DNA of 64,000 nucleotides from Candidatus Aminicenantes bacterium (GCA_963809345.1 CAWEJF010000006.1:21242-85241), one strand, 5' to 3'; shown: positions 17,854-26,865, numbered from the stretch's first letter. The notes: generated by a model not told the origin, from the letters alone. Program-made: numbers and translations.

Positions 17854-18936
17854 ATGATCGATCTCATCGAATACGGCTGGAATGCGACGCTCGCCACGGC
17901 ATTCGGGGCGTGCGCCGACGAGCGGCTTGTCGCCGGCCGCGTCATCAAGCAAGCCCGTGATAGGTCGACCCTCATCACGGCCGAGGGAGAAGTCGCCGGC
18001 GAGGTCTCGGGACGGTACCGTCATCGCGCCCTCGGCCCCGCGGACTACCCGGCCGTCGGCGATTGGGCGGCGGCGCGGCCAGCCGGTGAGGGGCTGGTCC
18101 TCATCGAAGCCCTTCTGCCGCGCCGGAGCACGTTCACGCGGAAAGCGGCGGGAGAGGCCGTCGAGGCCCAGGTCATCGCGGCCAACGTCGATACCGTGTT
18201 TCTTGTCAGCGGCCTCGACGGCGATTTCAACCTCCGGCGGATCGAGCGATACCTGACCATCGCCTGGTCGAGCGGGGCCGGCCCGGTCATCGTGCTCAAC
18301 AAGGCCGATCTCAGAGAGGACCTCCCGGAGGTCATCGGTGAGACCGCGCGCATCGCGCCGGGGGTGCCGATCGTGGCGGTCCGGGCGCTTGCCGAAGAGG
18401 GTCTCGAGGGTCTGACGCCTTATCTCATCGCGGAAAAGACGGTCGCGTTCCTCGGTTCTTCGGGGGTGGGGAAATCGACCATGATCAACCGCCTGCTCGG
18501 AGAGGAGCGCTTCGCGACGGCCTCGATGAGCGACGCCGCCGCGGGGCGGGGCCGGCATACCACGACGGCCCGTGAGCTCATCCGGCTCCCGGGCGGGGCG
18601 CTGCTCGTCGATACGCCGGGCATGCGCGAACTCGGGCTTTGGGCGGATGACGAGGGGTTGGACAAGACCTTCGACGAGATCGACGACCTTGCGTCGCGGT
18701 GCCGGTTCCCTGATTGCGATCACGAACATGAGCCCGGCTGCGCCGTGAGGGCGGCCGTGGAAGACGGGATTCTCGATCGCCGGCGATGGGAAAGTTACCT
18801 CAAGCTGCGCCGGGAGCTGCGGTTCATGGAGCTTAAGAAGGACGAGAAGACCCGCCGGCAACAAGAGAAAGCGGTCGGACGCGACTTCGCCGCCCGGCTC
18901 AAAGAAGTCAAAAAGAACAAGCCGAGTTACCGATAG
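17854..18936 (+). CDS. rsgA: Ribosome small subunit-dependent GTPase A
   Basis: Circularly permuted G motifs NKAD, GSSGVGKST, GRHTT, DTPG; Zn motif CRFPDCDHEHEPGC. Confidence 0.95.
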   Translation: MIDLIEYGWNATLATAFGACADERLVAGRVIKQARDRSTLITAEGEVAGEVSGRYRHRALGPADYPAVGDWAAARPAGEGLVLIEALLPRRSTFTRKAAGEAVEAQVIAANVDTVFLVSGLDGDFNLRRIERYLTIAWSSGAGPVIVLNKADLREDLPEVIGETARIAPGVPIVAVRALAEEGLEGLTPYLIAEKTVAFLGSSGVGKSTMINRLLGEERFATASMSDAAAGRGRHTTTARELIRLPGGALLVDTPGMRELGLWADDEGLDKTFDEIDDLASRCRFPDCDHEHEPGCAVRAAVEDGILDRRRWESYLKLRRELRFMELKKDEKTRRQQEKAVGRDFAARLKEVKKNKPSYR

Positions 18937-18952
18937 GAGAGGGGAGAGGGAA

Positions 18953-19036
18953 TGCCCAGGGTGGGATTCGAACCCACAAGGCCTTACGGCCGCGACATTT
19001 TAAGTGTCGTGCGTATTCCTATTCCGCCACCCGGGC
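18953..19036 (-). tRNA. tRNA-Leu(TAA); CCA not encoded
   Basis: Acceptor stem GCCCGGG/CCTGGGC, anticodon arm CGACA-CTTAAAA-TGTCG, long variable arm GGCC-GTAA-GGCC, T-arm GTGGG-TTCGAAT-CCCAC, discriminator A. Confidence 0.95.
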
Positions 19037-19062
19037 TCACCGCACGTCTCTGAACCTGGTCG

Positions 19063-19091
19063 ATTATACGATAGACATCAGCCTGGGGCAA
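19063..19091 (-). promoter_or_regulatory. Sigma70 promoter of tRNA-Leu
   Basis: TTGCCC-17 bp-TATAAT on the minus strand. Confidence 0.7.
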
Positions 19092-19206
19092 TTGGCGGTC
19101 TTTCCAGCGAGACGCCGAACGGCAGGGCTTGTCTCGTCCGATGTGGGGGTGATGGCGCCATTGTCCGCTGGCCACGCCGCGTGGTATGATCCGCTCGATC
19201 CAGATC

Positions 19207-20340
19207 ATGACTGACACGCCGTCGACCCCCACCCCTTCGAGCGTCGCCCCGCCGTCCCTCAAGGAGCGATTCCTGTCGCTTGATTTCTTCCGCGGGCTGA
19301 CGATGTTCCTTCTCATCGGAGAAAGCACGCTCCTTTACGAGCACCTCCGGGACCCGCACCTCGCCGGAACCGTCCTGGGTTTCGTCGGCACTCAGCTCGA
19401 CCACCATCCCTGGGCCGGGCTTCGCTTTTGGGACCTCGTCCAGCCGTTCTTCATGTTCATCGTCGGCGCCGCCTTGGCTTTCTCCGTGGCCAGGCGCGCG
19501 GAGAGGGGAGAGAGCCGGGCCAAGATCACGAAGCACGTCATCATCCGCTCCCTGACGCTCCTCGTCCTCGGCTGGGCCCTCTATTGTATCGGCCCCGGGC
19601 GCATCACTTTCCGCTTCCAGAACGTCCTGGCCCAGCTCGGCGTGACCTATCCCATCGCCTATTTCCTGATGAGGCGGAAGCCACGGACGCAGATCGCCTG
19701 GAGCTTTGCCTTCATCATCGCGACCGAGGTCATCTACCGCACATTCTGGGTCGCGGGTTACAACCAGTCGTTTGTCCCGGACCACAACTTCGGGTCGTGG
19801 GTGGATATGCTCCTCGGAGGTGAGCTCTCGGCCGGCCACTGGGTCGCCTTCAACGCCATCCCGACGGCGGCCCACACGATCTGGGGCGTGCTTGCCGGGC
19901 AGTGGCTCATGCGCAGCGTCGCGCCGAAGAGGAAGATCGCCTGGCTGGCCGGGCTCGGGGCGGCCGGCGTCGCCGCCGGGTTCGCTCTGACGGCCGTGTC
20001 GCCGATGATCAAGCGCATCTCGACGAGCTCGTTCGTCGTGGCCAGCGGCGGCTTCTGCCTGCTCATGCTCGCCTTCAGCTATGGACTCATCGACGTCCGC
20101 AAGTGGAACAAATGGGCTGTCTTCCTCAACATCGTCGGCATGAATTCGCTGTTCATCTACCTCTTCACGGAGAGCGGAGGCACGGTCTGGGTGAGAAAGC
20201 TCGCCTGGCCGTTCACCATGGCCTTCGCCGGCTGGATCGGCGAGCTGCCGGCGGAGATCTTGACCAGCCTCACCGCCTGGGCCATGCTCTGGTACGTGTG
20301 CTACTGGCTCTTTAAAAAGAAGATCATCATCAAGATCTAA
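19207..20340 (+). CDS. DUF5009 / heparan-alpha-glucosaminide N-acetyltransferase-like membrane acyltransferase
   Basis: SLDFFRGLTM, WDLVQPFFMFIVG, NVLAQLG and KRISTSSFV. ATG 19186 lies inside the -10 box (TATGAT), so start placed at 19207. Confidence 0.85.
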   Translation: MTDTPSTPTPSSVAPPSLKERFLSLDFFRGLTMFLLIGESTLLYEHLRDPHLAGTVLGFVGTQLDHHPWAGLRFWDLVQPFFMFIVGAALAFSVARRAERGESRAKITKHVIIRSLTLLVLGWALYCIGPGRITFRFQNVLAQLGVTYPIAYFLMRRKPRTQIAWSFAFIIATEVIYRTFWVAGYNQSFVPDHNFGSWVDMLLGGELSAGHWVAFNAIPTAAHTIWGVLAGQWLMRSVAPKRKIAWLAGLGAAGVAAGFALTAVSPMIKRISTSSFVVASGGFCLLMLAFSYGLIDVRKWNKWAVFLNIVGMNSLFIYLFTESGGTVWVRKLAWPFTMAFAGWIGELPAEILTSLTAWAMLWYVCYWLFKKKIIIKI

Positions 20341-20792
20341 GCGAGCGGTTCCACCAGGACGGCCGTTCCGTAGCACAGGACCTCGGTCGCGCCCTGCATG
20401 ATCTCCGTCGCGTCGTAGCGCACGCCGATGACGGCGTTGGCCCCGCGTTCGACGGCGTGATTGACCATCATCTCGAAGGCCTCGGCTCGGGTCTGCTCGC
20501 AGAGCTCGGAGAACAGGGTGATGTTGCCGCCGACGATCGTCTGGAGCGACGCCCCGATCGTCCCGAAGACCGAGCGCGACCGCACGGTGATGCCGCGGAC
20601 GATGCCGAACGCTTTGACGATACGATAGCCGTCGATGGTGAAGGCCGTCGTCGTCATCTGGAAGATCTTGGGCGGCAGGGCGGCCTTGGCCCGTTCTTCC
20701 TCCGGCATCCCTTCATAGCAGCCCAGACAGATATCGGCCGTCTTGAAATGATAGAGCGACGGGTAATCCTTGCCGCAGACTTTGCATCTCAT
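20337..20792 (-). CDS. YbjQ/UPF0145 family protein with N-terminal Cys4 module
   Basis: GIVRGITVRSR..R.EAFEMMVNHAVERGANAVIGVRYD..EVLCYGTAV; N-terminal CKVC..CLGC; AAGGAG SD. Confidence 0.85.
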   Translation of the reverse strand: MRCKVCGKDYPSLYHFKTADICLGCYEGMPEEERAKAALPPKIFQMTTTAFTIDGYRIVKAFGIVRGITVRSRSVFGTIGASLQTIVGGNITLFSELCEQTRAEAFEMMVNHAVERGANAVIGVRYDATEIMQGATEVLCYGTAVLVEPLA

Positions 20793-20851
20793 CGGTCGTT
20801 CTCCTTCTTGCCGTTGACGCCCTTGAAGGTCACCCCGATCTTGCGCCGCAC
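20789..20851 (-). CDS. Candidate 20-aa small ORF coupled to the YbjQ gene
   Basis: GGAGG-N5-GTG start, MRRKIGVTFKGVNGKKENDR*, host-like codons; stop overlaps the YbjQ ATG (ATGA). Confidence 0.35.
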   Translation of the reverse strand: MRRKIGVTFKGVNGKKENDR

Positions 20852-20965
20852 GGGAGCCTCCGTTTGCAGCTATCCTACGCCGGTCGGAGTCGCGGGACAA
20901 GCAGGGGAGGCGGGACCGGCCCTCCGGCCTTATCGGGGGGACCGAGAGATGGAGAGACCCGGCGA

Positions 20966-21397
20966 TCAGGTCCGGCCGAGACAGCCCTTGACGTGCTGAA
21001 GGTTCATTTCGAGGATCTTGCGGCAGTCTTCCGTCGCTTCGGAGATGGCCAGGCCTTCTTCGAGGAGCTTCGCGGCCGGATTGAGATCGACGGTCGGGTC
21101 CTGCCGGTGCATCTTGATGATCATATAGGCGGCGTTGTTCTTGCCCCAGGCCACACGGACCGGGCTGTTCAGCCCTTGGGCCTGGCGGGTGTATTCGAGA
21201 TAGTACTGGAGCGCGGGGACGAGGTGGCCGGCCGCGTCGTTCTCTTCGGCCTTGGCCTTGGCGGACAGCCAGCCGTCCCAGGACACCGGCTGGATGCTGC
21301 TGTTTGCCGACGCCGGCGCATCCTGCCCCGAAACCGCGGTGGCGCCCGCCGCGGCCGCGACCATCAGCGCCAAACCCACGAGCAGCGATTTCTTCAT
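20966..21397 (-). CDS. Secreted hypothetical alpha-helical (TPR-like) protein
   Basis: Signal peptide MKKSLLVGLALMVAAAA; amphipathic helices; GGAG SD. Confidence 0.7.
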   Translation of the reverse strand: MKKSLLVGLALMVAAAAGATAVSGQDAPASANSSIQPVSWDGWLSAKAKAEENDAAGHLVPALQYYLEYTRQAQGLNSPVRVAWGKNNAAYMIIKMHRQDPTVDLNPAAKLLEEGLAISEATEDCRKILEMNLQHVKGCLGRT

Positions 21398-21430
21398 ATC
21401 CTTGCTCCGTTACCGAGGCCGCCAGGCCCC

Positions 21431-22042
21431 TTAGAATTGGGCATTGACGCCGGCCGACAACATGCCCTTGTAGCCGTATCCGAACTCGGCGAAGAAGCCG
21501 ACCCTCTGGCCGAACCGGACCCCGATCGCGTTGAGATGGAAGGTCGGAAGGGTCTTGCTGGCCCTTTGCGTATCGGTCTCATCCGTGTACCGTCCCCTGC
21601 GCATCCGGACGCCGAAGCCCGCTCCGGAATAGAGCTGCAAGCCGGGCCTCATGATCCAGTGGTAATCGAGCTCGGCGGCGGCCACGTAGTTGGTCTCCCT
21701 GAAGTCGCCGACGACGAGTTCGGCGTTCTGCCGGACGAGATCGCCTTTGACCGTGTAGCCGCCGATCGCGCCGCCGAAGCCGAAGCGGGAATTGGCCGAA
21801 TAATGGTAGGTCAGGAAGGGTACGCCGCTGTATTTCACGTCATTTTTGGAAAAGTTGCCCAGGGTGATGATGACGAGGAGGACGTCCCCGAAGAGGTCGG
21901 CGGCCTGATCGCTGGACAGGACGCCAAACTGAAAGGACGCGTCATGCTTTCGGATCGGGGCCTGCCCGAAGCCGGCGGCCGGGAGAAGAAACGCGAAGAG
22001 TGTCAGGACAATGGCAGGGCGAAGGACGCTCTTGAGGGACAT
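21431..22042 (-). CDS. Outer-membrane beta-barrel protein
   Basis: Signal peptide, alternating beta-strand pattern, C-terminal FFAEFGYGYKGMLSAGVNAQF ending in Phe. Confidence 0.8.
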   Translation of the reverse strand: MSLKSVLRPAIVLTLFAFLLPAAGFGQAPIRKHDASFQFGVLSSDQAADLFGDVLLVIITLGNFSKNDVKYSGVPFLTYHYSANSRFGFGGAIGGYTVKGDLVRQNAELVVGDFRETNYVAAAELDYHWIMRPGLQLYSGAGFGVRMRRGRYTDETDTQRASKTLPTFHLNAIGVRFGQRVGFFAEFGYGYKGMLSAGVNAQF

Positions 22043-22140
22043 GGACGGGCCTCCTGTACGGCGAAGTCCAACAAAACCATATCTTTAGTCGTGTTCTCCG
22101 GCCGGATATTGAATTCCGCGCTGCTGCGACGAGACACAAT

Positions 22141-22185
22141 AATATCGGCGCTGATATTGAATATATCATCCGCCTGCACGATAAT
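22141..22185 (+). promoter_or_regulatory. Palindromic operator overlapping a sigma70 promoter
   Basis: AATATC-GGCGCT-GATATT (22141-22158) overlaps TTGAAT(22157-22162)-17 bp-GATAAT(22180-22185). Confidence 0.5.
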
Positions 22186-22194
22186 GGCCGGAGG

Positions 22195-22872
22195 ATGAGC
22201 GCCAAAATCCGGTTTCCGGCCCGCAGCCTCGCCGGGATCATCGTCCTCATGGGGATCCTGTTCCTCTCTTCGGGCCGCCTTGATTATTGGCAGGGGTGGC
22301 TCTTCCTCCTCAGCATCCTGGCGTTGGCCATCATATCCTTAGGACTCCTGAAGGACAACGTCGGGCTCGTCGCCGAACGGCTTCGTCCGGGCCGGGGCAT
22401 GAAGTGGTGGGACAAGGGCTACTATCTGATCTCGACGCCGCTCTATTTCACGGCCGTCATTGTCGCCGGGATCGATGCCGGGCGGGGCCACTGGAGCCCC
22501 CCCCCGAAGCCGGTCCTGTACGCGCTCTTCCTGGCCATCTTTGTCCTCGGCCAGTTATTGTTCCTGTGGGCCAAGAAGGTCAATCCGTTCTTTTCGAGCG
22601 TCGTCCGCATCCAATCGGACCGGGGTCAGACCGTCTGCCAAAAAGGCCCCTACAAGCTCTGCCGCCACCCGGGATACCTCGGCGGACTCATGTTCGGCCT
22701 GGCGACGCCCATCGTCCTCGGCTCCTATTGGGCCCTCATCCCCCAGGGCCTCGCCGCTCTGCTCCTCGTCGCCCGGACCTTCCTCGAGGACCGGATGTTG
22801 AAGAGGGACCTTCTCTGGTACGCGGACTATGCCAAGGAGGTCCGCTCGAGGCTCATCCCGGGCGTTTGGTGA
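22195..22872 (+). CDS. Isoprenylcysteine carboxylmethyltransferase (ICMT/PEMT) family membrane protein
   Basis: FSSVVRIQSDRGQTV..GPYKLCRHPGYLG..RTFLEDRML. Confidence 0.88.
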   Translation: MSAKIRFPARSLAGIIVLMGILFLSSGRLDYWQGWLFLLSILALAIISLGLLKDNVGLVAERLRPGRGMKWWDKGYYLISTPLYFTAVIVAGIDAGRGHWSPPPKPVLYALFLAIFVLGQLLFLWAKKVNPFFSSVVRIQSDRGQTVCQKGPYKLCRHPGYLGGLMFGLATPIVLGSYWALIPQGLAALLLVARTFLEDRMLKRDLLWYADYAKEVRSRLIPGVW

Positions 22873-22903
22873 AATGTTCCGATTCCACTCAGGAGGGATG
22901 TCC

Positions 22904-25768
22904 ATGTCCTTGAGTCCACGCCTTCGCGCGCTTCCCCGGCTCCTCCTCGCCGGGCTCTCCGTCGCCTTCGTGCTGCTGGCCCTTCGGCTCCCCGCGGCCG
23001 CGGCCGGGATCACGAGCCCGAAAGAGCAGTTCGGCTTCGCCATCGGTGACGACTACGCGCTCGTCAACTACAAGCAGCTGGTCGCCTACTGGAAGAAGCT
23101 CGACGCCGCGTCCGACCGCATGAGCCTCGTCGAGATCGGCAAGACGGCCGGGGGACGGACGATGGTCATGGCCATCATCACCTCGCCCGGGAATCACGCC
23201 CGCCTCGGCCGCTACAAGGACATCGCCCGCCGGTTGGCCTTGGCCGAGGGGCTGACCGATCCGAGCGCCCGCAAGCTGGCCGCCGAGGGCAAGGCCGTCG
23301 TCTGGATCGATGGCGGGCTCCACGCGACCGAGATCCTCGGCTCGCAGCAGCTCATCGAGCTCGTCTGGCGGATGACGAGCGCCAACGACGCCGAGACCCT
23401 GCGCATCCTCGACGACGTCATCCTTCTCGCCACGCCGGCCAATCCCGACGGGCTCGACCTCGTCGCCGACTGGTATATGCGGGAGAAGGAGCCATCGAAG
23501 CGGTCGATGAGCGGCGTGCCCGTCCTCTATCAGAAGTACATCGGCCACGACAACAACCGCGACTTCTATATGAACACCCAGCCGGAGACGAAGGCCATCA
23601 GCCGTCAGCTCTACATCGAGTGGCACCCGCAGATCCTCTACAATCACCATCAGACCGGGCCGGCCGGGACGGTGCTCTTCGCGCCGCCCTTCCGCGACCC
23701 CTTCAACTACGTCTTCGACCCGCTCGTGCCGATGGGCATCGACCTCGTCTCGGCGTCCATGCACAACCGCTTCGTCACCGAGGGCAAGCCGGGAGCGACG
23801 ATGCGCTCGGGCTCCGGCTATTCGACGTGGTGGAACGGCGGCCTCAGGAGCGCCGGCTATTTCCACAACATCATCGGCATCCTGACCGAGACCATCGGCA
23901 ACCCGACACCGGTCGACATCCCGTTCATCCCGGACCGGCTTCTCCCCAAGCAGGACTATCCCTATCCGATCGCGCCTCAAAAGTGGCATTTCCGACAGTC
24001 CATCGAGTACGCGATCACCGCCGATATGGCCATCCTCGACGTGGCCTCCAAGCACCGCGAGGACTTCCTCTACAGGCGCTATCTTATGGGCAAGCACGCC
24101 ATCGAGCTCGGAAGCAAGGACGCTTGGACCATCGTGCCGGAGACGGTCGCCGAGGTGCAGGCCGCGATTGAAAAAGACAGGGTGGCGGCCCAGGCCCAGG
24201 GGCGGCCGGGGGCCCAGCCTCAAGGCGGCGGACGCGGAGAAGGCGGCTTCGGCCGGGCCCGCGGCGCCGACATCAAGTATTACGAGGCCATCTTCGATAG
24301 GACCAAGCGTGATCCGCGGGGCTACGTCATCCCTTCGGACCAAACCGATTTTCCGACCGCGACCAAGTTCGTCAACGCCCTCATCGAGAGCGGCGTCGTG
24401 GTAGAAAGGGCGAAAGCCGATTTCACGGCCGGGGGCAAGACCTATCCGAAAGGCTCCTTTGTCGTCTCGGCGGCCCAGGCATTCCGGCCGCACGTCATGA
24501 GCATGTTCGAACCGCAGGACCATCCCAACGACATTCCTTATCCCGGAGGCCCGCCGCGGCCGCCCTACGACGCGGCCGGCTGGACGCTGGCCTACCAGAT
24601 GGGCGTCGCGTTCGACAGGCTTCTCGACGACTTCAGCGGCCCGTTCGAGAAGCTCACGGGAGTCGTCAAGCCACCCGCCGGGATCCTGGACGCCGGGCCG
24701 TCCACGGCCGGCTATCTTCTCGACCACCGCGTCAATGACACGTTTGTCGCCGTCAACCGCCTGCTCAAGGCCGGAGGGAAAGTCTACTGGCTGAAGGAAG
24801 CGATGGAGGCGAACGGCAGGACCTACCCGGCCGGCACGATATGGGTGCCGTCCGCATCGGACGCCGGGAGCCTGCTCGGGAAGGCGGCGAGAGAGCTGGG
24901 CTTGGCGGTCCACGGCATCCCGGCCGCTCCCAAGGGCCCGGCGTACGAGCTGAGGCCCCTTCGGATCGGGCTCTGGGACAGCTACGGCGGGTCGATGGCG
25001 TCGGGCTGGATCCGCTGGCTCCTTGAACAGTTCGAATTCCCCTTCGAGCTCGTCTTCGCCCCGGCCCTCGATGCCGGGGGCCTCAACGACAAGTTCGACG
25101 TCCTCATCTTCGTCGGAGGCTCGATCCCTCGTATGCCGTCGGCGGGCCAGGAGGGCGGGGGAGGGATGCGCGATTTCCAGTCGCCGACGCCGGCCAACGT
25201 CCCCGATGAATACAAGTCCCGGATCGGCCGGGTCACGGCCGATAAGACGATCCCCATCCTCAGGCAATTCGTCGAAGCGGGAGGGACCATCCTGGCCCTC
25301 GATTCGGCCACGGTGCTGGCCGAGCATTTCCATCTGCCCCTGACCAACGCGCTGGTCGAAAAGTCGCCCGAAGGGGCGGACGTCGCGCTGCGGTCGGAAA
25401 AATTCTATATCCCCGGCTCGATCCTGCGGGCCTGTGTCGATAACACCTCGCCGCTGGCTTATGGCATGCCGGACACGGTCGATGTTTTCTTCGACAACAC
25501 GCCTGCCTGGATGCTCCTCCCCGACGCCGAGCTCAAGGGTGTCAGGCCCGTGGCCTGGTTCGATGACGGAAAGCTCCTGAGAAGCGGCTGGGCCTGGGGC
25601 GAGACCTATCTGCGCCGGAGCGTCCAGGTCGTGGAGGCGGGCATGGGGGAGGGGAAAGTCTTCCTCTACGGACCCGAGATCGCCTTCAGGGGCCAGCCCC
25701 ACGGCACATTCAAGCTGCTGTTCAACGGGATCTATTACGGCCCCGCGAAAACAATAGTTCTGGAATAA
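22904..25768 (+). CDS. Secreted M14 zinc carboxypeptidase family protein with C-terminal GAT-like domain
   Basis: DGGLHATE, NPDG, DNNRD and NHHQ; signal peptide; AGGAGG SD 7 nt before ATG 22904. Confidence 0.88.
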   Translation: MSLSPRLRALPRLLLAGLSVAFVLLALRLPAAAAGITSPKEQFGFAIGDDYALVNYKQLVAYWKKLDAASDRMSLVEIGKTAGGRTMVMAIITSPGNHARLGRYKDIARRLALAEGLTDPSARKLAAEGKAVVWIDGGLHATEILGSQQLIELVWRMTSANDAETLRILDDVILLATPANPDGLDLVADWYMREKEPSKRSMSGVPVLYQKYIGHDNNRDFYMNTQPETKAISRQLYIEWHPQILYNHHQTGPAGTVLFAPPFRDPFNYVFDPLVPMGIDLVSASMHNRFVTEGKPGATMRSGSGYSTWWNGGLRSAGYFHNIIGILTETIGNPTPVDIPFIPDRLLPKQDYPYPIAPQKWHFRQSIEYAITADMAILDVASKHREDFLYRRYLMGKHAIELGSKDAWTIVPETVAEVQAAIEKDRVAAQAQGRPGAQPQGGGRGEGGFGRARGADIKYYEAIFDRTKRDPRGYVIPSDQTDFPTATKFVNALIESGVVVERAKADFTAGGKTYPKGSFVVSAAQAFRPHVMSMFEPQDHPNDIPYPGGPPRPPYDAAGWTLAYQMGVAFDRLLDDFSGPFEKLTGVVKPPAGILDAGPSTAGYLLDHRVNDTFVAVNRLLKAGGKVYWLKEAMEANGRTYPAGTIWVPSASDAGSLLGKAARELGLAVHGIPAAPKGPAYELRPLRIGLWDSYGGSMASGWIRWLLEQFEFPFELVFAPALDAGGLNDKFDVLIFVGGSIPRMPSAGQEGGGGMRDFQSPTPANVPDEYKSRIGRVTADKTIPILRQFVEAGGTILALDSATVLAEHFHLPLTNALVEKSPEGADVALRSEKFYIPGSILRACVDNTSPLAYGMPDTVDVFFDNTPAWMLLPDAELKGVRPVAWFDDGKLLRSGWAWGETYLRRSVQVVEAGMGEGKVFLYGPEIAFRGQPHGTFKLLFNGIYYGPAKTIVLE

Positions 25769-25775
25769 GAAAGAC

Positions 25776-25849
25776 GGGGTCAAACCTACCCATCGTTACT
25801 TTTGGCCGCCGATGCCCTCTCGGAAGTAACGATGGGTAGGTTTGACCCC
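25776..25849. repeat. Perfect 26-bp inverted repeat (REP-like; possible bidirectional terminator)
   Basis: GGGGTCAAACCTACCCATCGTTACTT(25776-25801) / AAGTAACGATGGGTAGGTTTGACCCC(25824-25849), between convergent stops. Confidence 0.85.
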
Positions 25850-25852
25850 TTC

Positions 25853-26569
25853 TTATAGCTCTCGAAGGAGCATAACGGCGCCCATCACCACGAGAGACGC
25901 GTACACGAGTTTGGTGAAGACGGCCTGCGTCAGCCGCTTGTTCAAGAGCCCTCCGAGAAGGACGCCGAGGACGATCGCTGGAAGAGAATAAAGGTAGGAC
26001 CGAAGGACCGTTCCCGTCCACAGCCCGGCCAGGCCATGACCGGCGAGGATGGCCAGGCCCGTCGGGAGAAAATAGCCCTGGAGCGTCGCGCGGAACGATT
26101 CCGGCGGCCACCCCTTGAGCATGCCGTAAGCGACGATGGGCGGCCCATTCGTGTTGGTGGCGCCGCCGAGCACCCCCGCCGACCAGCCGACGAGCCAGGG
26201 GAACTGCGCCTTCTCACGCGCGAGCCTCGCCCCCGGCTTGACGAGCCCGAACACTCCGTAGAGCAGGATGACGATCCCCAAGGCGATCTTGAGCGGGGCT
26301 TCCGGCAGCCGGGCCAGGCCGTAGACCCCGACGGGGATCCCCAGCAGGGTGGCCACGATCAGGCGGCCGGCCGTCCTAAACTCGGCCTTCCGCCAATCCC
26401 GGGCCAGGATCAGGAGCGAGATCGTCGGTCCCATAAAGGCGACGAGCGGGGTCGCCGTGCGGAGCCCCACGGACATGGCCAGCAGGGGCATGGCCACGAC
26501 CGCGTCGCCGAAGCCCAAGGCGGAACGCACGAAGGCCGCGACGAAGATGACGGCGGCGATGAACGTCAA
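25853..26569 (-). CDS. Sulfite exporter TauE/SafE family protein
   Basis: AFVRSALGFGDAVVAMP..GVLGGATNTNGPP..FRATLQGYF. TTG start overlaps the upstream stop. Confidence 0.88.
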   Translation of the reverse strand: MTFIAAVIFVAAFVRSALGFGDAVVAMPLLAMSVGLRTATPLVAFMGPTISLLILARDWRKAEFRTAGRLIVATLLGIPVGVYGLARLPEAPLKIALGIVILLYGVFGLVKPGARLAREKAQFPWLVGWSAGVLGGATNTNGPPIVAYGMLKGWPPESFRATLQGYFLPTGLAILAGHGLAGLWTGTVLRSYLYSLPAIVLGVLLGGLLNKRLTQAVFTKLVYASLVVMGAVMLLREL

Positions 26570-26865
26570 GACCTCTTCTTCTTCCTGCCCAGGATGCCGC
26601 CGCTCAGGAAGAGGCCGGCGCCGAGGACGAAGCCGAAGTTGTACCAGGTCCCGTTGTTGTGGACCTCGTAGAACCGGACGTTCTTGCTGAAGACCGAAAT
26701 GACGAACGTGACCGGCGAAATGAGGCCGTGCCAGATCCCCATCAGGAACCCGGCGGTGCCGCCCTCGTTGTCGGCCGTTTTCTCGAGGCTGTTGGGGCCG
26801 GGCGCGCATCCGGCCAGGACGAGCGTCGCGATGAGGACCGCGGTCAGAACGATCGAGCGTCTCAT
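26566..26865 (-). CDS. Small conserved membrane lipoprotein
   Basis: Lipobox VLAGC; GFLMGIWHGLISP..YEVHNNGTWYNFGF; GGAGGG SD. Confidence 0.75.
   Translation of the reverse strand: MRRSIVLTAVLIATLVLAGCAPGPNSLEKTADNEGGTAGFLMGIWHGLISPVTFVISVFSKNVRFYEVHNNGTWYNFGFVLGAGLFLSGGILGRKKKRS

Noticed and set aside
18930-18960. tRNA 3' end as an integration site
   Set aside because: No duplicated tRNA 3' fragment or integrase in the window; rsgA ends 16 nt away.
20944-20975. SRP RNA-like CAGGTCCGG motif
   Set aside because: It lacks the following AAGGAAGCAGC and the enclosing helix, and overlaps a CDS end.
22889-25783. 964-aa minus-strand ORF (also 27998-30406, 36443-38416, 55121-57496, 14385-16085, 47357-48982)
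   Set aside because: Codon-aligned antisense shadows of real high-GC genes; no motifs and skewed composition.
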